Under the pieces are notes generated by a model. That model was given only the letters and a program-made list of their open reading frames with translations, searched no databases and was not told the DNA's origin. The translations under genes were made by a program, and so were the position numbers. Positions 51,783 through 64,000 of a DNA stretch of 64,000 nucleotides are shown piece after piece. Source of the stretch: Camelus dromedarius (Eukaryota); assembly GCF_036321535.1 (NCBI RefSeq), contig NC_087436.1:76820001-76884000 (forward strand), in the 5' to 3' direction. The number at the start of each line of letters is the position of its first letter. Position 1 is the stretch's first letter.

Positions 51783-53372
51783 CTGCTGAACAAATCACGT
51801 TTTGATACGCATTTTCAGTTTTCCAAGCCTTGAACATCACATTTTCAATTGGCAACAATTGCCCTGGATAGCTACGTCTTTTAAGCTTTAGGCATTAATC
51901 TCACAGAATGGTTCTTGTTTCTAAGACACTCTATGCAACTCTTACTAAGATCTGAAACTGAAAATCTGAGACTAAGATCTATCGGCTGAAGATCAGAATG
52001 ATCTCAAAGTATTATACATATTTGAAAAGTCATCCTGTTGGGTAGTCACCCTTTATTCACTTCCTATAATGTATCATTAGTTAGTAACCAGCAACTAAAG
52101 TCAAGCCAGAGAACTGTGCATTAGAGAATTCCAACTTGCAAACCCAACAAAATAAGAGCCCCATTTCTTAAAAATGTACTGCAGTGACCCATTGCTTTCA
52201 ATGGAAATCTGTGGGACACTGCACACTATTGGATTAAATGAGAAAATTTATAAACAACTGTCTCTTCTGCCTTTGATATTTAAGGATACAGAGCCTTGTT
52301 CATTTTTTCTTTCCTAGACAACTCTACCTCAGACCCTGTCCAGAAATGAGTGTTATACTTGGCTTCTTAAGCAGGCGACTGATGATTGAACATGGACAAG
52401 CATACATTTTTATAGGGATAAGCTTACTGCTGCCAATAACTGAAAGCAAGGATTGCCTAGGCCTCTACAGATTGTTTGAAGTTACTTGCAACATGACTTT
52501 CAAAATGTTTTGATCATCCAAGCCTGTTTTACAGAAAACATTTGGGCTAACAAGACTGAAAGAAGCAATATTTAATGATACAGCTCCTTTTCATGTCCTT
52601 TCCATTATTCTGATAAACTTGAATTTGCTCATTACATTTTTTTTTTCTTAAAAAAAAAAAAAGGAAGGGAGGAGGAAAAAAAGCCCTCAAAAGCCTGGTG
52701 TCCTAGGGGTATTTTTAAATAGGGATGCCACTAATTCTTAGTTACCTCTAAATAAGAGAGTAAGCTGGATTTTATAGCAGTTGTGCTTTTTATAGGAAAC
52801 CAATCTTTCCTAGTAAGGCTTATTGCATATATAGAACAGTTAAATTTTAAACCAGCACACACCCACACATTGTGTAAACACAAGTCATTTCTTTAAACAC
52901 ACACACAAGTGTCTTTTCTGGTAGTGGGTTATTAACACATGTTCTTTTGAAGTTTACCAACACTTTTTTTTTTTAAATGAGGACCTCTACAATGCTAAGA
53001 ATTGTGTGGAAAGAAAAATATATTATGGATACTATTAGCATAAATGTTTAATGTGATAAATTATGAGAAAGCATAACTGAAATTCAAAACATGAAAATTC
53101 AGAAAGGAAAAGACATTTGGAATAGTATTTGAAGATGCTTCCCCAGAGCCAGAGCCAAGTTTCTGGGATCCAGATGAAATAGGCCCTCAACAACTGAAGG
53201 GCTGTCCTAATAACAGCATGTGTGTGATAAGGTCTTGAGGCACTTAAAAATCAACATTGCAGTAAAGGCTTTCTCTGCAAAAGGTGTCCAAAAGAGGATA
53301 CCCTCCCTACCCTTTGATTTACTTCCCTCCACTTCAAACTCCCCTGCTTAGAAAAGGAAAGTGAAGAAATAC

Positions 53373-53444
53373 CTCACAAATCTCTCTGTAAGTTGCTGGA
53401 CAAAATTGTAAATTTCAATCCAGTTATTTGCCACACTCCCAGAC
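53373..53444 (-). CDS. ANTXR2: ANTXR2 exon 2 (MIDAS DxSxS)
   Basis: tttcag|G TCT GGG AGT...GTG AG|gtattt; 72 nt; [23 protein letters not shown](S). Confidence 0.97.
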
Positions 53445-54089
53445 CTGAAAAAAAAATTGAACTGATTAGAAACATATTTACATGGGGTAACCTGACCTCT
53501 TCTTCACCCAAGGTAAATATCAGTAGCTGAAACTTAGTTGTTGCAAGAATCAAAGAGGTCAAACCATCTTCAGGGATCACCGGCCTGCTAGTTGTTTGGA
53601 GTAGGATCCCAGCTCTTCAAAGTAAATACAGCCTTCCTTGGCAGGAAATGCAAACCACACTGGGCATGTTAACCTTGGATTTTGCCTAGTGACAATGAAA
53701 GTGCTGTGATCAGGACAAAACCAGGCAAACTTTAGCCATCATGAGGGGGTCACAACAGAGAAAGCCGAGAGTCTTGTCTGGATTCCAGGGACGCAGAAGG
53801 CTACCCCAAGTGGCAGCAATCTCGTTTCCCAAGAAGTCCCAAGACTGGCAAGCAGTGACTACTCATCTCCCCAGAGAGCCTAGCAGTTCAGGCCTTCTCC
53901 TGTCACCCCTACCCCACCCCCAGCCCGCACAGATCCGAAAGCGCTTGCCTTTCGGACAGAGGTATCAACAGGGCACCCACCCATCACCGGTTTCCAATCT
54001 TTCTGCCCAGGTCGCACACACATCTCACCCTCCCCAGCCACAGCTCACCACCCAGTGTCACTCTCACCAGAAGACCCTGGAACTCCCTC

Positions 54090-55030
54090 CCGCACTCACT
54101 TGTCCAGGACGAAGTAGAGATCAAAGGCTCCTCGGCAGGAGGGTTGCTCCTGGGCGCTCGTCAGCCCCCCAGGACCGCTGAGAGCTAGCAGCCACAGCCC
54201 GGGGACCAACCAGCTCCCGGGACTGCGGGCCGGGGGCAACCCCGCCACCATCATGCAGCCAAGGGCCTGTGACTCCTTCCTGCTCGCAGCCCCCTCGGCT
54301 CGACTCGGTGGGGACGCTACTGTGGTACGAGTTCCCAGGGACGCACCCTGGGACGGGGGACTGCCAGCAGCTAGGGCGCCCGCTTCTAGGTCAGCGGGAC
54401 CCACTAACTGACAGAGGGAGGGAGAGGGGGAGGGAGGGAGGTCCTAGGAGGACAAAGGGAGACTGCAACCGCCGCAGCTGCCGCCGGAACTCTTGACGAA
54501 TCCCAGTGGAAGAGAGATCCAGACCTCCCCCTCCCGATTCCGGAGAGTTCCTGCAGACAATGAGAGCCCACGGCGACAGCTCGCAAGAGAAGTTCCTCCC
54601 CAGCTCTGGTCGCCCGCCTGGGACCGGGGCCGGGAGTTCCAGTCCGCCAGGGGGGCTCAATGCCGGCAGCTGCAGTGCGCCGCGGGACAGGCACCCCCGG
54701 GACGCGGCCACAGCCGCGCAAACTTGGAGCGGAGACCCCTGTCTTCCGGTTCCCTTCCTCCGGCGGCCAACTCCCCTTGACACTCCAAACTTTCTTCCTT
54801 GCACTCCGCGCTGGCACAGCGCAGCCGGGCGGTCCCGTTTAGGGGAGGAGGCTGAGCTGGCCCCGGGGCTAGTGGCTCGGGAGAAGCTACTCTCACCAGG
54901 CCAGAAGGGATCTGGCCAGGTCCCCGCGGTGTCAGTGCGTCCCGGCGGCCGAGGGCGGGGCCTGATGCGAACCCGGCGAGCCACACACGCACACTTCTGG
55001 GTTCGTGCCGAGCTGAAGATGACTAACGGC
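54090..55030 (-). promoter_or_regulatory. ANTXR2: CpG island / ANTXR2 promoter and 5'UTR
   Basis: Abrupt GC- and CpG-rich block in an AT-rich background, covering exon 1; GC box GGGCGGGG at 54953-54960. The TSS cannot be determined from sequence alone. Confidence 0.9.
54100..54251 (-). CDS. ANTXR2: ANTXR2/CMG2 coding exon 1 (signal peptide, start of VWA domain)
   Basis: Translates [50 protein letters not shown](K), matching the CMG2 N-terminus; 152 nt; donor AA|GTGAGT. An extra in-frame ATG sits at 54254-54252 (weak context); the ATG at 54251 has -3A/+4G. Confidence 0.97.
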
Positions 55031-55839
55031 TTGCCAGTTTTGGAAAGAGAAGTAGTTTAGAAAAACAAATGTCCTCTAGAAATTGAGCCGATCCATGTAT
55101 CCTGCAGGCCCGGCCTATTTCAGCAGCTGTGCAGAGCAGCCCTCTGTGTGGCTGGGAGACTAGAAGTCTAGCAATCTCAATGGATGTTATGGCCCCCTCA
55201 CTCTGCCCCACCTCTGCCCCGTCACTACCGCAAGCCGACTTGCTGCACCCTTACCTAAGGAAGGCAACTTCCTCTTTTATTATAAACCTACTTCGTAGTT
55301 CAGCTCACCAAGCCTAGAAACGGTGGGGTGGGGGAAATGGGGAAGTCGGGGTGGGGAGCTGGGGAGAGAACTCTTCAGGAATGGAGAGTTGTGCCTCAAA
55401 ATATTTCATCCCACTTTTGTTCATCTCAAGCTCCAGATAGTAAGAATTCATCCTGGAGCAAGCTAGGCCACCCTCACCAAAGTTTGCATGCATTCAAATT
55501 CTCTGCTTACTCATTCTGCACCCACTCCCTCCTCTCTCCCCCTTCCCACCACCTCTGCCTGAGACTTTTGCCTTCGGCTTGTGGAAACCTAACAATCTTA
55601 CTGATATACACACCAATGACTGAGGGCAATATAAAGTGTTACCTCCTCCTTTTCATTTGAATTAAATCAGTGCTTTTTATCATAATAAAAAGTTCATGTA
55701 GTACTTAATCACATATAGTACTTAATCCTGTATTGTCTTTCAGCAATTCTCTTGGTTGCCTGTGTATTTCACTTTTCATTTACATTATCTTTGACAAACA
55801 ACCAGATTTGCAATCTCTTTGAAGTTAGAAACTTATCAC

Positions 55840-56640
55840 TTTAACAAAGATTTATTGTGTACCTACTCTGTGCTAGGCACAGTTCTAGGACCTAGAGTTA
55901 ATGCACAGAACATGATGACAAGCCCCAGTTTCCATGAAGTCTGTAGTCTGGTTGAGAAGAGAAACAGACAAAAATACATAATACTGTCCATATTAGAAGG
56001 TGGTTTGCAGAGATTTAAAATATGGTAATATGGGGGGGAGGGTATAGCTCAGTGGTAGAGTGTGTGCTTAGCATGCACGAGGTCTTAGGTTCAATCCCTA
56101 GTACCGCCATTAAAAATAAATAAACAAAATTACCTCCTCACCAAAATTTAAAAAAAAAATAAAACATGGTAATATCCCAGAGAATGACTGACTAGTTGAC
56201 TAACAGAAAGAAGGCAGCCATTCCAAGAGCTAGAAGAGGAAACATTCCCAGTCACTGCAACTTTCTATTAGTATCAGCTTCACATATTGGAGAAACACAA
56301 AGAAAAGCAATGTGGTTGGAGTTTTGTAAGTAAGATGAAGTAAGAGAGGTAGGCAGTGGCTAGTTAATGTCCTTTATAAACTGTAATAGGGAATTCAGTT
56401 ATTTTATATTGTGTGACAGGAGCTCATTAGAGGAGTTTAACCCCAGGAGTGCAGCATGGGATAAACTGATAGGCTCTATTTTTTCAAAGATCAATATGGC
56501 TGATATGACACAGTGAACTTGGAGGTGGAAAAAAATGAAAGCAGGAAGACCAGTTAGGAGACTATTGCAGTATCAGGGCACAATAAAATGGTACCTTAGA
56601 CCATCCCTGCAGCGGCTAAAATGAGAGCTATGAATGGATG
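55840..56640 (-). mobile_element. L2 fragment hosting the SINE insertion
   Basis: aacaaagatttattgtgtacctactctgtgctaggcac..; gcaggaagaccagttaggagactattgcagta. Confidence 0.7.
56032..56159 (+). mobile_element. tRNA-derived SINE, camelid vic-1 type
   Basis: GGGGAGGGTATAGCTCAGTGGTAGAG (A box)...GGTTCAATCCC (B box), A-rich tail; 15-nt TSD aaaatatggtaatat (56017-56031) / aaaacatggtaatat (56161-56175). Confidence 0.88.
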
Positions 56641-57749
56641 AGAGCGTCAATAAATACAGGTGGATCCCCAGTTTGGCAATGTCTGCCACTTAGAAATGGA
56701 AATTCTACTATCATCTGCTGAATCCACTGCTTCTTACCTGATAGAGTAGGGAGGGTACTCATGGGGCAAGTGGCTGATTGAGTGGAAGGTAACTATGCTT
56801 TTGTTAGAAAGAAACAGAATTCTCCATTGATTTCAAGTAAATCAGCTCTATAAAATGTTTCAGTGAGAGGGATGGCTATATTATAAGCATCCTAATTCCG
56901 TCTTCCTTGGTCTCGTTTTTTCTTAAGGTTCTGAAACTCTGATTCCTCTATAGCCATCAGGTCTCCAGACATATGTTACTACCTCTCATTTCAAATTTGG
57001 GCCCAACTGTGGACACTTTAATCTCCTTGACTTCTGACAGCAAAACTGAAACAGTCTTATATTCTCAGGAAACTTGTATTAACAGCTTGTTAAAGGCTTT
57101 TTCCAAAGTTTTAAAATGTTGGTTAAAACTGGTCTCCATTTTCAACTTCAGTTTTAATCAAGACAGAATCCAAGATAGCATATACCTTTAGCAATTGATA
57201 CCATATCAGTACATGAATATAAAATCTGGGGGGAAAATCTGCCAAAAAGCAATGGCAACTGGTTTTAAGTTAGGGGGGGACAGAAGGTAAAGAAATATGA
57301 GCCACAATGCTATCCATGGACTCTACCCTCATGATGAAGTATTTTAAAATCACATTCATTGGCTTCCTTTTCCCCAAGCTTCGTGACTCAACTTCTGGGA
57401 CTTCACAAACCTGTCCAAGAATCCATCTTGTCCTAGGCCCAAACTAAAGCAAAATACTTTAGACTTAAAACTCGTTCTTTCTGAAAATTCCTAGGCCCTC
57501 CTAGAATTCTCTCATTTAGCTCTCCTGACCAGGGTCACCTGGTGACTGACATACTAAGGTGTATTACCTGTCTTTTGTTTATTTGTTTGTTTGGGCAATT
57601 ATTTCACCCCAGTTCCAGAACTTTTATCATTTCACTCATTTGCTCACATAAGATCTACAGCAAAGCAGGGATGTGGCCTCACCTAGCACAGACCCATAAT
57701 TAATCAAATCACGTTCATCTAATATAAATTAGTGAGAAGGTCATCAATT

Positions 57750-57870
57750 ACTGGGGCAACCAACTGTCTCGATTTGTCCCAGACTGAGCGGTGTCCAGGG
57801 ACATGGGCCTTTCAGTGCTAAAATGAGTCAGTCCCTGGAACAGTCCCTAAAGGAGGCTCTTGGTCACTCT
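57750..57870. mobile_element. hAT-Blackjack-type MITE (MER81/MER94-like)
   Basis: Degenerate TIRs tggggcaaccaactgtc / ttggtcactcta with tttgtcccagactg core. Confidence 0.55.
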
Positions 57871-59049
57871 ATTTCCAAGCAACAGTGAGGGAAAGTGAAA
57901 GCAAGAGCAGACTGGGGATCTCACCAAGCCATGAAGAAGGAGCAGTAACAACAGCAAAGCTTTCTCTGCCCCTCTCTGAGGTGAGAGGGCTCGGGCACCG
58001 TGTCAGCGGGACACTGGCCAGGTAAGGCTTCAAAATGACTTTTGTACCATGCTGGGACACTGTTTAACTTTCTATTTTAAATCAAGGATGTAATAAGAAA
58101 TGCAGATTTTTAAGTAGAGGGGGTTGGTTGGACTGAAGTATTTACATAAATAAATCTAGACTATTTCTCTTTTATCAAATTATCTGCATTTCTGCTGAAG
58201 TATTTGGCTTCATAATCCATGCAAGTCCCTACTCTTTGAAAGTTATTCTTTGTATCAAACTAAACTTCTAATTCAACATTAGAATTTATCACCTTATTGT
58301 ATAAAATATGCTAATAAATCCAAAACATTTTAAACCCAGTTTAATGCAGTTAGAATGGCTTGAGATTGACTCCTGATGATTAAAAGTGTTCACCAGCCCC
58401 TCTATCATTGACCATTTCTTACACCCACAGAGCTCCTGCAGACTTTTGTTAAATTTTACTTAAGTATTTATTTACTGATTTTTATTTAACAAACATTTAT
58501 TGATTCCTACTATGTATTTGGTAATTTTCTAAGCATAAAACTTATATCCCCTGCTCTCAGGAGTGCACCTTTCCAATACACTTCCATTAGTTTATTTCTG
58601 TCTCCCCTGACCCCAACAAAAAACAAACAAAAGAGGCAAATGAGCAACAATAATAAACACAGGGAAATAAAAATAAATGTATCCTTTATGAGTAAAAAAT
58701 CATATCATCTATAGTATTTGCAAGTAGATAACTTTGTATGACATCCACAATGACAAGCATGACTCTCCCGGATGTGATTCATATTCACATTACACATGGA
58801 GTGATTCATTATATGATAACTTCCGGGACTTAGAGGAAGAAAATAAATCTACCTACAGGTGACAAAGCTTGTTTAAACTTTTATCAGTGTAGTTATTAGA
58901 GAACTAGATTTCCCCAATGTCTGAACTAGTTCCTGAGAGTGAACAGAATGCTTCTGGAGGGTGCAATTACTTCTAAATTAATACCTCTATCTATGACAAT
59001 AAGGGATGCCAACCAATGATAGAAAGATTACCAACATCTGTATTTGGGA

Positions 59050-59430
59050 TAAATGTGTTTTAAATTCTAGAAACAGACCTGAGACTCTGAGATATGCCTC
59101 CAGGAGATATAGTGGGTCTCAAGCAGCAAAGCCTACAAGGAGTAAAGGAAGCAAAAACGGTCAGAGGGAAAGCTGAACTGTGACACAGTTGCAAGGAAGC
59201 CTCAGCCACCCCAGGGGTAGCCCTGGAGCTGGAATGGCCTCACGCAGTTGTCCTGAATTGAATGAGGCAATGGGATCAGAGTTTTTGTCTCCCCGTGGAC
59301 CAGCCTTTAAATGTGGGCTGCCCCCTCAAGGGAAGTATAACCTTGAGCAAGGCAGCTTCCTCTGGCTTAGGGCAAGTTTAGGAGGAACTCAGCTATGAGC
59401 TGCCAGCAGTCACACTCGGCTGTGGGAGGA
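59050..59430. mobile_element. ERVL-type LTR remnant
   Basis: cagagggaaagctgaactgtgacacagttgcaa..gcctcagcc..ctggagctggaatggcc..gttgtcctgaattg. Confidence 0.55.
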
Positions 59431-60049
59431 ATCTCTCTATGATTCTGCAACCACAGCATCCGAAACATCCACAAAAAGCTAACCACCTGGTAGCTTGTTT
59501 GATGAAAGACTTACGTGCAACGTCAGACCTTCGCAAACGACTGCAGGCTCGGATTGGCTCCTGGAATAAAACGTCCTGTAACGGCATCCCTTCGTCTCAT
59601 GCCCTCGATAGCAGACCTGGTCCAGGCCAGTTTCTCAATTCTTAGTGAACTTATTCTAATACTGTTCTGTCTGCTCTTACTTCCTACACACTTCAGTGTG
59701 ATGTATGTTCCTGAAGTGCAAAACCAGTCATACTAATCACCCACCTAGTAACTGCCAATGAGATATCATTTCCTAACAACTTGAGGCCCTCCACAGTAGT
59801 ATCACAGATTAGCTCTTTGTCCTCACCTCTAACAAGTTAAGCATGTACTCAGTGCTCCAGAGAAACCACGATAGTCCCTGTGTCCCTCACATACACAGTT
59901 ACACGTTTAGGGCTTGCCTCATTTTGTACCCCCATGTCCCTGACACCACGTTCCAGGTATCAAATTCTGTCTCCTCTTTCTCTTCCCTTCCATTCTGTTA
60001 CTGAATAATCCAGGCCAAAGGCCATTAGGTGGGGCCAAGCCAATGTGTT

Positions 60050-60880
60050 ACTGTCGAGAGGAGCTATAGTAGTCCAGGGCAGGGTGTCAGAGGCCAACTG
60101 GAGTGAGGGGAGTGTCCCCCCATACAGGGAGGGGCAGCCTAGAGTAGAATACTGAGCCAAAAAAAGTGAGGGAGATTTCTACATGGTGGGGACAGTGGCC
60201 CAGGATGAGGAGTCAAAGAACTAGCCAGGTAAGAAGGATACCTGTGAAGACTTCTGGGCAGGGAAGGAAGCCCATCATAAAGTTGTTGGAACTTAAACAC
60301 AGACTTCCATGCAGGGAGGTCACCCCAGTGCAGGGTGTCAGAGCATGAACAGGGCAAGAAATTCTACACTGGAAGACAAGCTATCCAGAATGTTGAAGCA
60401 GGTGAGGGGCAAGTAGAGGGTGAGGCAGCCTGGTGCAGGGTCTCAGAGCCCAGCCCAAGCAGTGTGAAAAGGAATTCTGCACAAAGAGCCAGCCTGGTGT
60501 GGGGCTGAACCCAAGCAGGACAACGAAAGTTTCAGCACGGGAGAACCTGGCACGGGTTACTGAAACCCAAGTAACAAATGGAGGGTTTGTTTTTTTTTTC
60601 AGGAGCCACCCTCCCATAGGGTATCAGAGCCCAGATGGGTTATAAAAAGCACTCACACAGGGTAGCAGCCAAGTACAGTGTCAATGTCTCAGTAGGGGGC
60701 AGCAGGTGGTGACAGTGTCAGAACTCCTGCAGGACAAGGGTATCAGATTTGGTGGAGGGTAACTGTGGTGATGAGAAACTGATTATGTATAGAGGGATAG
60801 ATAAATTAAATGAACATAGATAACACACTTCTCACCACCAGAGAAGGAAGTTACAAATGAGGAAATGGGAAAATAGTTAT
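60050..60880 (+). mobile_element. Old L1 (L1MC-type) 3' region with recurring gggtgtcagagc motif
   Basis: Repeated gggt(g/a/c)tcagag units followed by ttctcaccaccagagaaggaagttacaaat. Confidence 0.5.
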
Positions 60881-61014
60881 TCTTCTCACAGGTCCTTGAT
60901 GCATCTTAACACAACTTAATTCATAAAACAGTTTTCAAATTCTAGTCATTTTGCTGTTTATCCCAGTGGGAGAAGTGATGGGAATCAAAGAGAATGGAAA
61001 ATAAAAAGTTGCCT

Positions 61015-61500
61015 GAAATGGTGGACAGTGAATTAACTCACTCAACACTGACCCAACCCCTCTCCAGCATGCCTTTCTACAAGCTAGAAAAAGCTTAAAA
61101 TGGACATTTCCTAAACTCCCTTACACATTTTCCTCATGGTTTAGAATCCACCCATATATGCTCATGCCATACTTTGAATGAGAACTGAGGTGCATGAGGA
61201 GAGAGGCAGAGCTTGCATTGTCCTTTTGCTGGTGCAGGGCGGACGTGACAGAGGCTGTGTGCAGGAGGCAGCACCTGGGCCTCAGAGGTGGCTTTGGGGC
61301 TCACCCCCTCTAATCTCAGCAGAGTGGGCAGCTCCCTTGAAGCCCAGTGATGGAATGTATTTGGGGAATTGCTCCTGAATTTTCAGCCTTCACCTTCCTT
61401 CTTCAGCAATCCAAATGACACTGTGAGCTATTTATACTCCTGAATAAATGCCTTTCATTTGGAGTAGCTAGACCAGATTCTGTTTTCAAAGACATTGACA
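61015..61500 (+). mobile_element. ERVL LTR (LTR33-like)
   Basis: catttcctaaactccctt; tgtgagctat..aataaatgcctttc..agctagaccagattctgttt. Confidence 0.55.
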
Positions 61501-61780
61501 AGTCCTAACATTCTCTAATCTCTGTAAACCTTACATTAGTCATTTTGCTGGCATTTTAAATTATGATAAAAGGTTATAAATGGAAGAAAAGAGATAAGAA
61601 ACTGAATTTTTAAATTATCCATAGCATTCATTTGATATTATTCCTCTCCTTGGTAAACTCAGATATTCTGAAGAAAAAAGGGAAATTAGATTTAAAAAAA
61701 AGAAAAAGAAGGGAGTTCAAAAATGCTTTAAATTTTCAAAAGTTTCACACACATGATTTCATATAATCCCATAATAACCC

Positions 61781-61965
61781 TTTTTTAAAATCATGTACCC
61801 CTATATCCCCGTCCCCATTCCCTCTCCCCGCTGGTAACCACTAGTTTGTTCTCTGTGAGTCTGCTTCTTTTGTTTTATTCACCAGTTTGTTGTATTTTTT
61901 AGATTCCACATATAAATGATATCGTGTAGTATTTATCTTTCTCTGTCTGACTTATTTCATTTAGC
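61781..61965 (-). mobile_element. L1 fragment
   Basis: ctggtaaccactagtttgttctctgtgagtctgcttc..ttttagattccacatataaatgatatc..tctgacttatttcatttagca. Confidence 0.8.
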
Positions 61966-63759
61966 AGAAAATTGAAAATTGTAAAGCACTATAAACTTAA
62001 AGAACCTTCCATTCAATAAGAAAAGTAAACTTCACTGAAAGCAAATCAATAGATTTTTACATAATGAAAAATTGAAAGAAAATAAGAGATCCCATACACT
62101 TTCAGGATATCATAAAACATGTAGAAATCTTTTTAGTTTGCCTAAGAACACAGAAACAGGAATTTTAAATTAAAAAAATCAAAGAATGAGAGTGATTGTA
62201 GATAGAAGCAGTCAACTCAGAAGGTAGACAAAACAAGTTACAGCTAAGAATGACACCTTCCTCAAAAGAAACAAATAAAAAGGACTAGATTATCCTAAAT
62301 GACGATGTTCTTAGCCTGTCTGTTCAGCTGAGGGGATTCCAGTTTGGTTATCTTTGTCCCTTTGCCCTGTAGGAGGAGGGCTCTCTATACCTATGTCTCC
62401 ACCATTTTCAAAAAGAAAAAAAAAAAAAAACCTCTTTTTTAAGCTAAATATTATATTTAAAGACTTTGTAGGCAACATGAAAAAGAAACTTTTTTTTTTC
62501 CGCTTCTTTGAAACTTGTTTATATAACATTTTAAACAGCCACATTGTTTCTGCTCCAAGATATTTAAGCTTTGGTATAAACTATTTTTTTAAGATAAAAA
62601 AGTTTGAAATTTTTCTATTTGGAGTGCCTACCATAAGTACTACCATTTAAAAGATTTTTCATATTTTGGACCCCTTGCGTTTCTCATGGAAACCGCTTGA
62701 TTAGTGCATATCCAACTTTATTTTAACAGCACATATGGCACATAGATTATCTATCCCAGTTTTCTTGGGAAGTTCTTTGAAAGGAGCAGTAGGAAAGTTG
62801 TCAATCCCCAAATGGCCAATGGGTTTCATATGTAGCAAATTTGGCTAGCAAAAATACCAACTTGAGTTCACCCACACTGGACCACAAATGCCTGAGGATA
62901 TTTTCCAAGTTTAGTAAACCAGAGGTTTGCTTTTGACCCTGATCTTTATACAGAGTTAACACTTCTTCATCAAATAAAGGGAGGCTCGATTTGAAGACAT
63001 TTATTTTTACAAATTTTTAAAATTTATTAATCAAACAAATGTTTAGTGCCTACTCTCCGCAAAGCACTGTTCCATGCTCTTCGGAAGACAGAGTCTATTA
63101 AGAGGATATTTGAGTTAGATATTCTAGTTATTGAATCAAGATAATTAAATAACCATAATACCAAAATTAAAATGAGGTGGAGTGTAATAGGAATTCCGAA
63201 GAGTAACAAATTACTCATAGCTGGAAAGATCAGGATTGATAAAGGACAGAGCCTTTAATCTGCATTTTGAAAAATGGGTAGTGCTTTTAAGATTAGCCCA
63301 GATGAAGGGAAGAAAACTCTGCAGAGAGAAAAGGCATAACCAGCTTCTAGCTGAAGGTAGGGATGGTGAAAAATGGCATTAATTAAGATGGGTAGAAGAG
63401 CAAGCATATTTTTTAAAGGCACAACCTTTGAATACCCCCTTTATCTTTTTCATAGGATTAGTATTATGTTTTAATCATGTATTTTATTATGCTTTCTCCA
63501 GAATATGTCATCTGACTCATAATAAGCAGTATGACTAAACAATACCTTAAAGTTAATGTTAAGGCACCTTCTTATGGAAAAATGTGCATAGAGAAATGAC
63601 AGCCTCCCTGTGCCCCACTCCAGCCTCCATCCAAGTGAGTAGTGTTTAGGCATAGAAAAGTAATAATAATAATGTCAGTGGAGACCTGAATGTATGAAGG
63701 GATAGAGTAGAAAGTAAAGCTGACAGAAGTGGGTAAGGTGCAATATGTAGAAAGCTTTA

Positions 63760-63952
63760 GGTCAATCCTGTCCATCGTCTGTTTTTGTAAATAAAGTTTT
63801 ACTAGACACAGTCATGCCCTTTTGCTTACATATTGTCTGTGGCTACTTTTGTGCTATAATAGCAGAGTTGAGTAGTTGAGACAGAAACCACCTGGCCCAC
63901 AAGCCTAAAAAATTAACTCTCTGGCTTTTAATGAAAAAGTTTGCCAACTTCT
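63760..63952. mobile_element. MER58A-like hAT-Charlie MITE
   Basis: tttttgtaaataaagttttact..gcagagttgagtagttg..ggcccacaagcctaaaa..aaaaagtttgccaacttctg. Confidence 0.8.
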
Positions 63953-64000
63953 GCCTCAGATAAAACCCTTTTAGTGTATGAACACTTTTGTGTAGACAAA

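Noticed and set aside
51560..51833. ORFs over the 51.5-kb element
   Set aside because: They lie within an L1 3' UTR fragment.
54391..55060. Overlapping 137-197 aa ORFs on both strands
   Set aside because: Expected by-product of stop-codon scarcity in a CpG island; Pro/Arg/Gly-rich, no homology recognised.
56032..56110. tRNA(Ala)-like gene
   Set aside because: Followed by a SINE body and A tail and flanked by a TSD; it is a tRNA-derived SINE head.
60079..60750. Spaced recurring gggtgtcagagc motif resembling a CRISPR-like or novel array
   Set aside because: Short, degenerate and irregularly spaced, in mammalian DNA; best explained as internal repeats of an old L1MC-type 3' region.

Overview
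Mammalian genomic DNA, very probably from a camelid (it carries a vic-1-type tRNA-derived SINE and artiodactyl-type L1 3' ends). The window holds the 5' part of ANTXR2 (CMG2, anthrax toxin receptor 2) on the minus strand. The CpG-island promoter lies at ~54.1-55.0 kb. Coding exons 1-11 (152+72+72+82+108+69+81+61+99+70+79 = 945 nt, codons 1-315) all have GT-AG boundaries and join into one open frame encoding the signal peptide, VWA/MIDAS domain and Ig-like domain. The transmembrane and cytoplasmic exons lie beyond coordinate 1. The introns contain two decayed processed pseudogenes: HSPE1 (sense to the host gene, intron 11) and 5'-truncated CDC20 (antisense, intron 10). They also contain many old interspersed repeats (L1, L2, L3/CR1, MIR, ERV/MaLR LTRs, hAT MITEs) and microsatellites. 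I found no evidence for a new multi-gene system. The most interesting leads are splicing and regulatory hypotheses for ANTXR2 (soluble-receptor read-through frames, a candidate 5'UTR intron, an AUG-free leader, a cryptic donor in exon 10, a CLEAR palindrome, CpG-rich enhancer-like patches) and the structure of the retrocopies. Comparisons to human proteins and repeat consensus sequences are from memory, not from database searches. Repeat boundaries are approximate.
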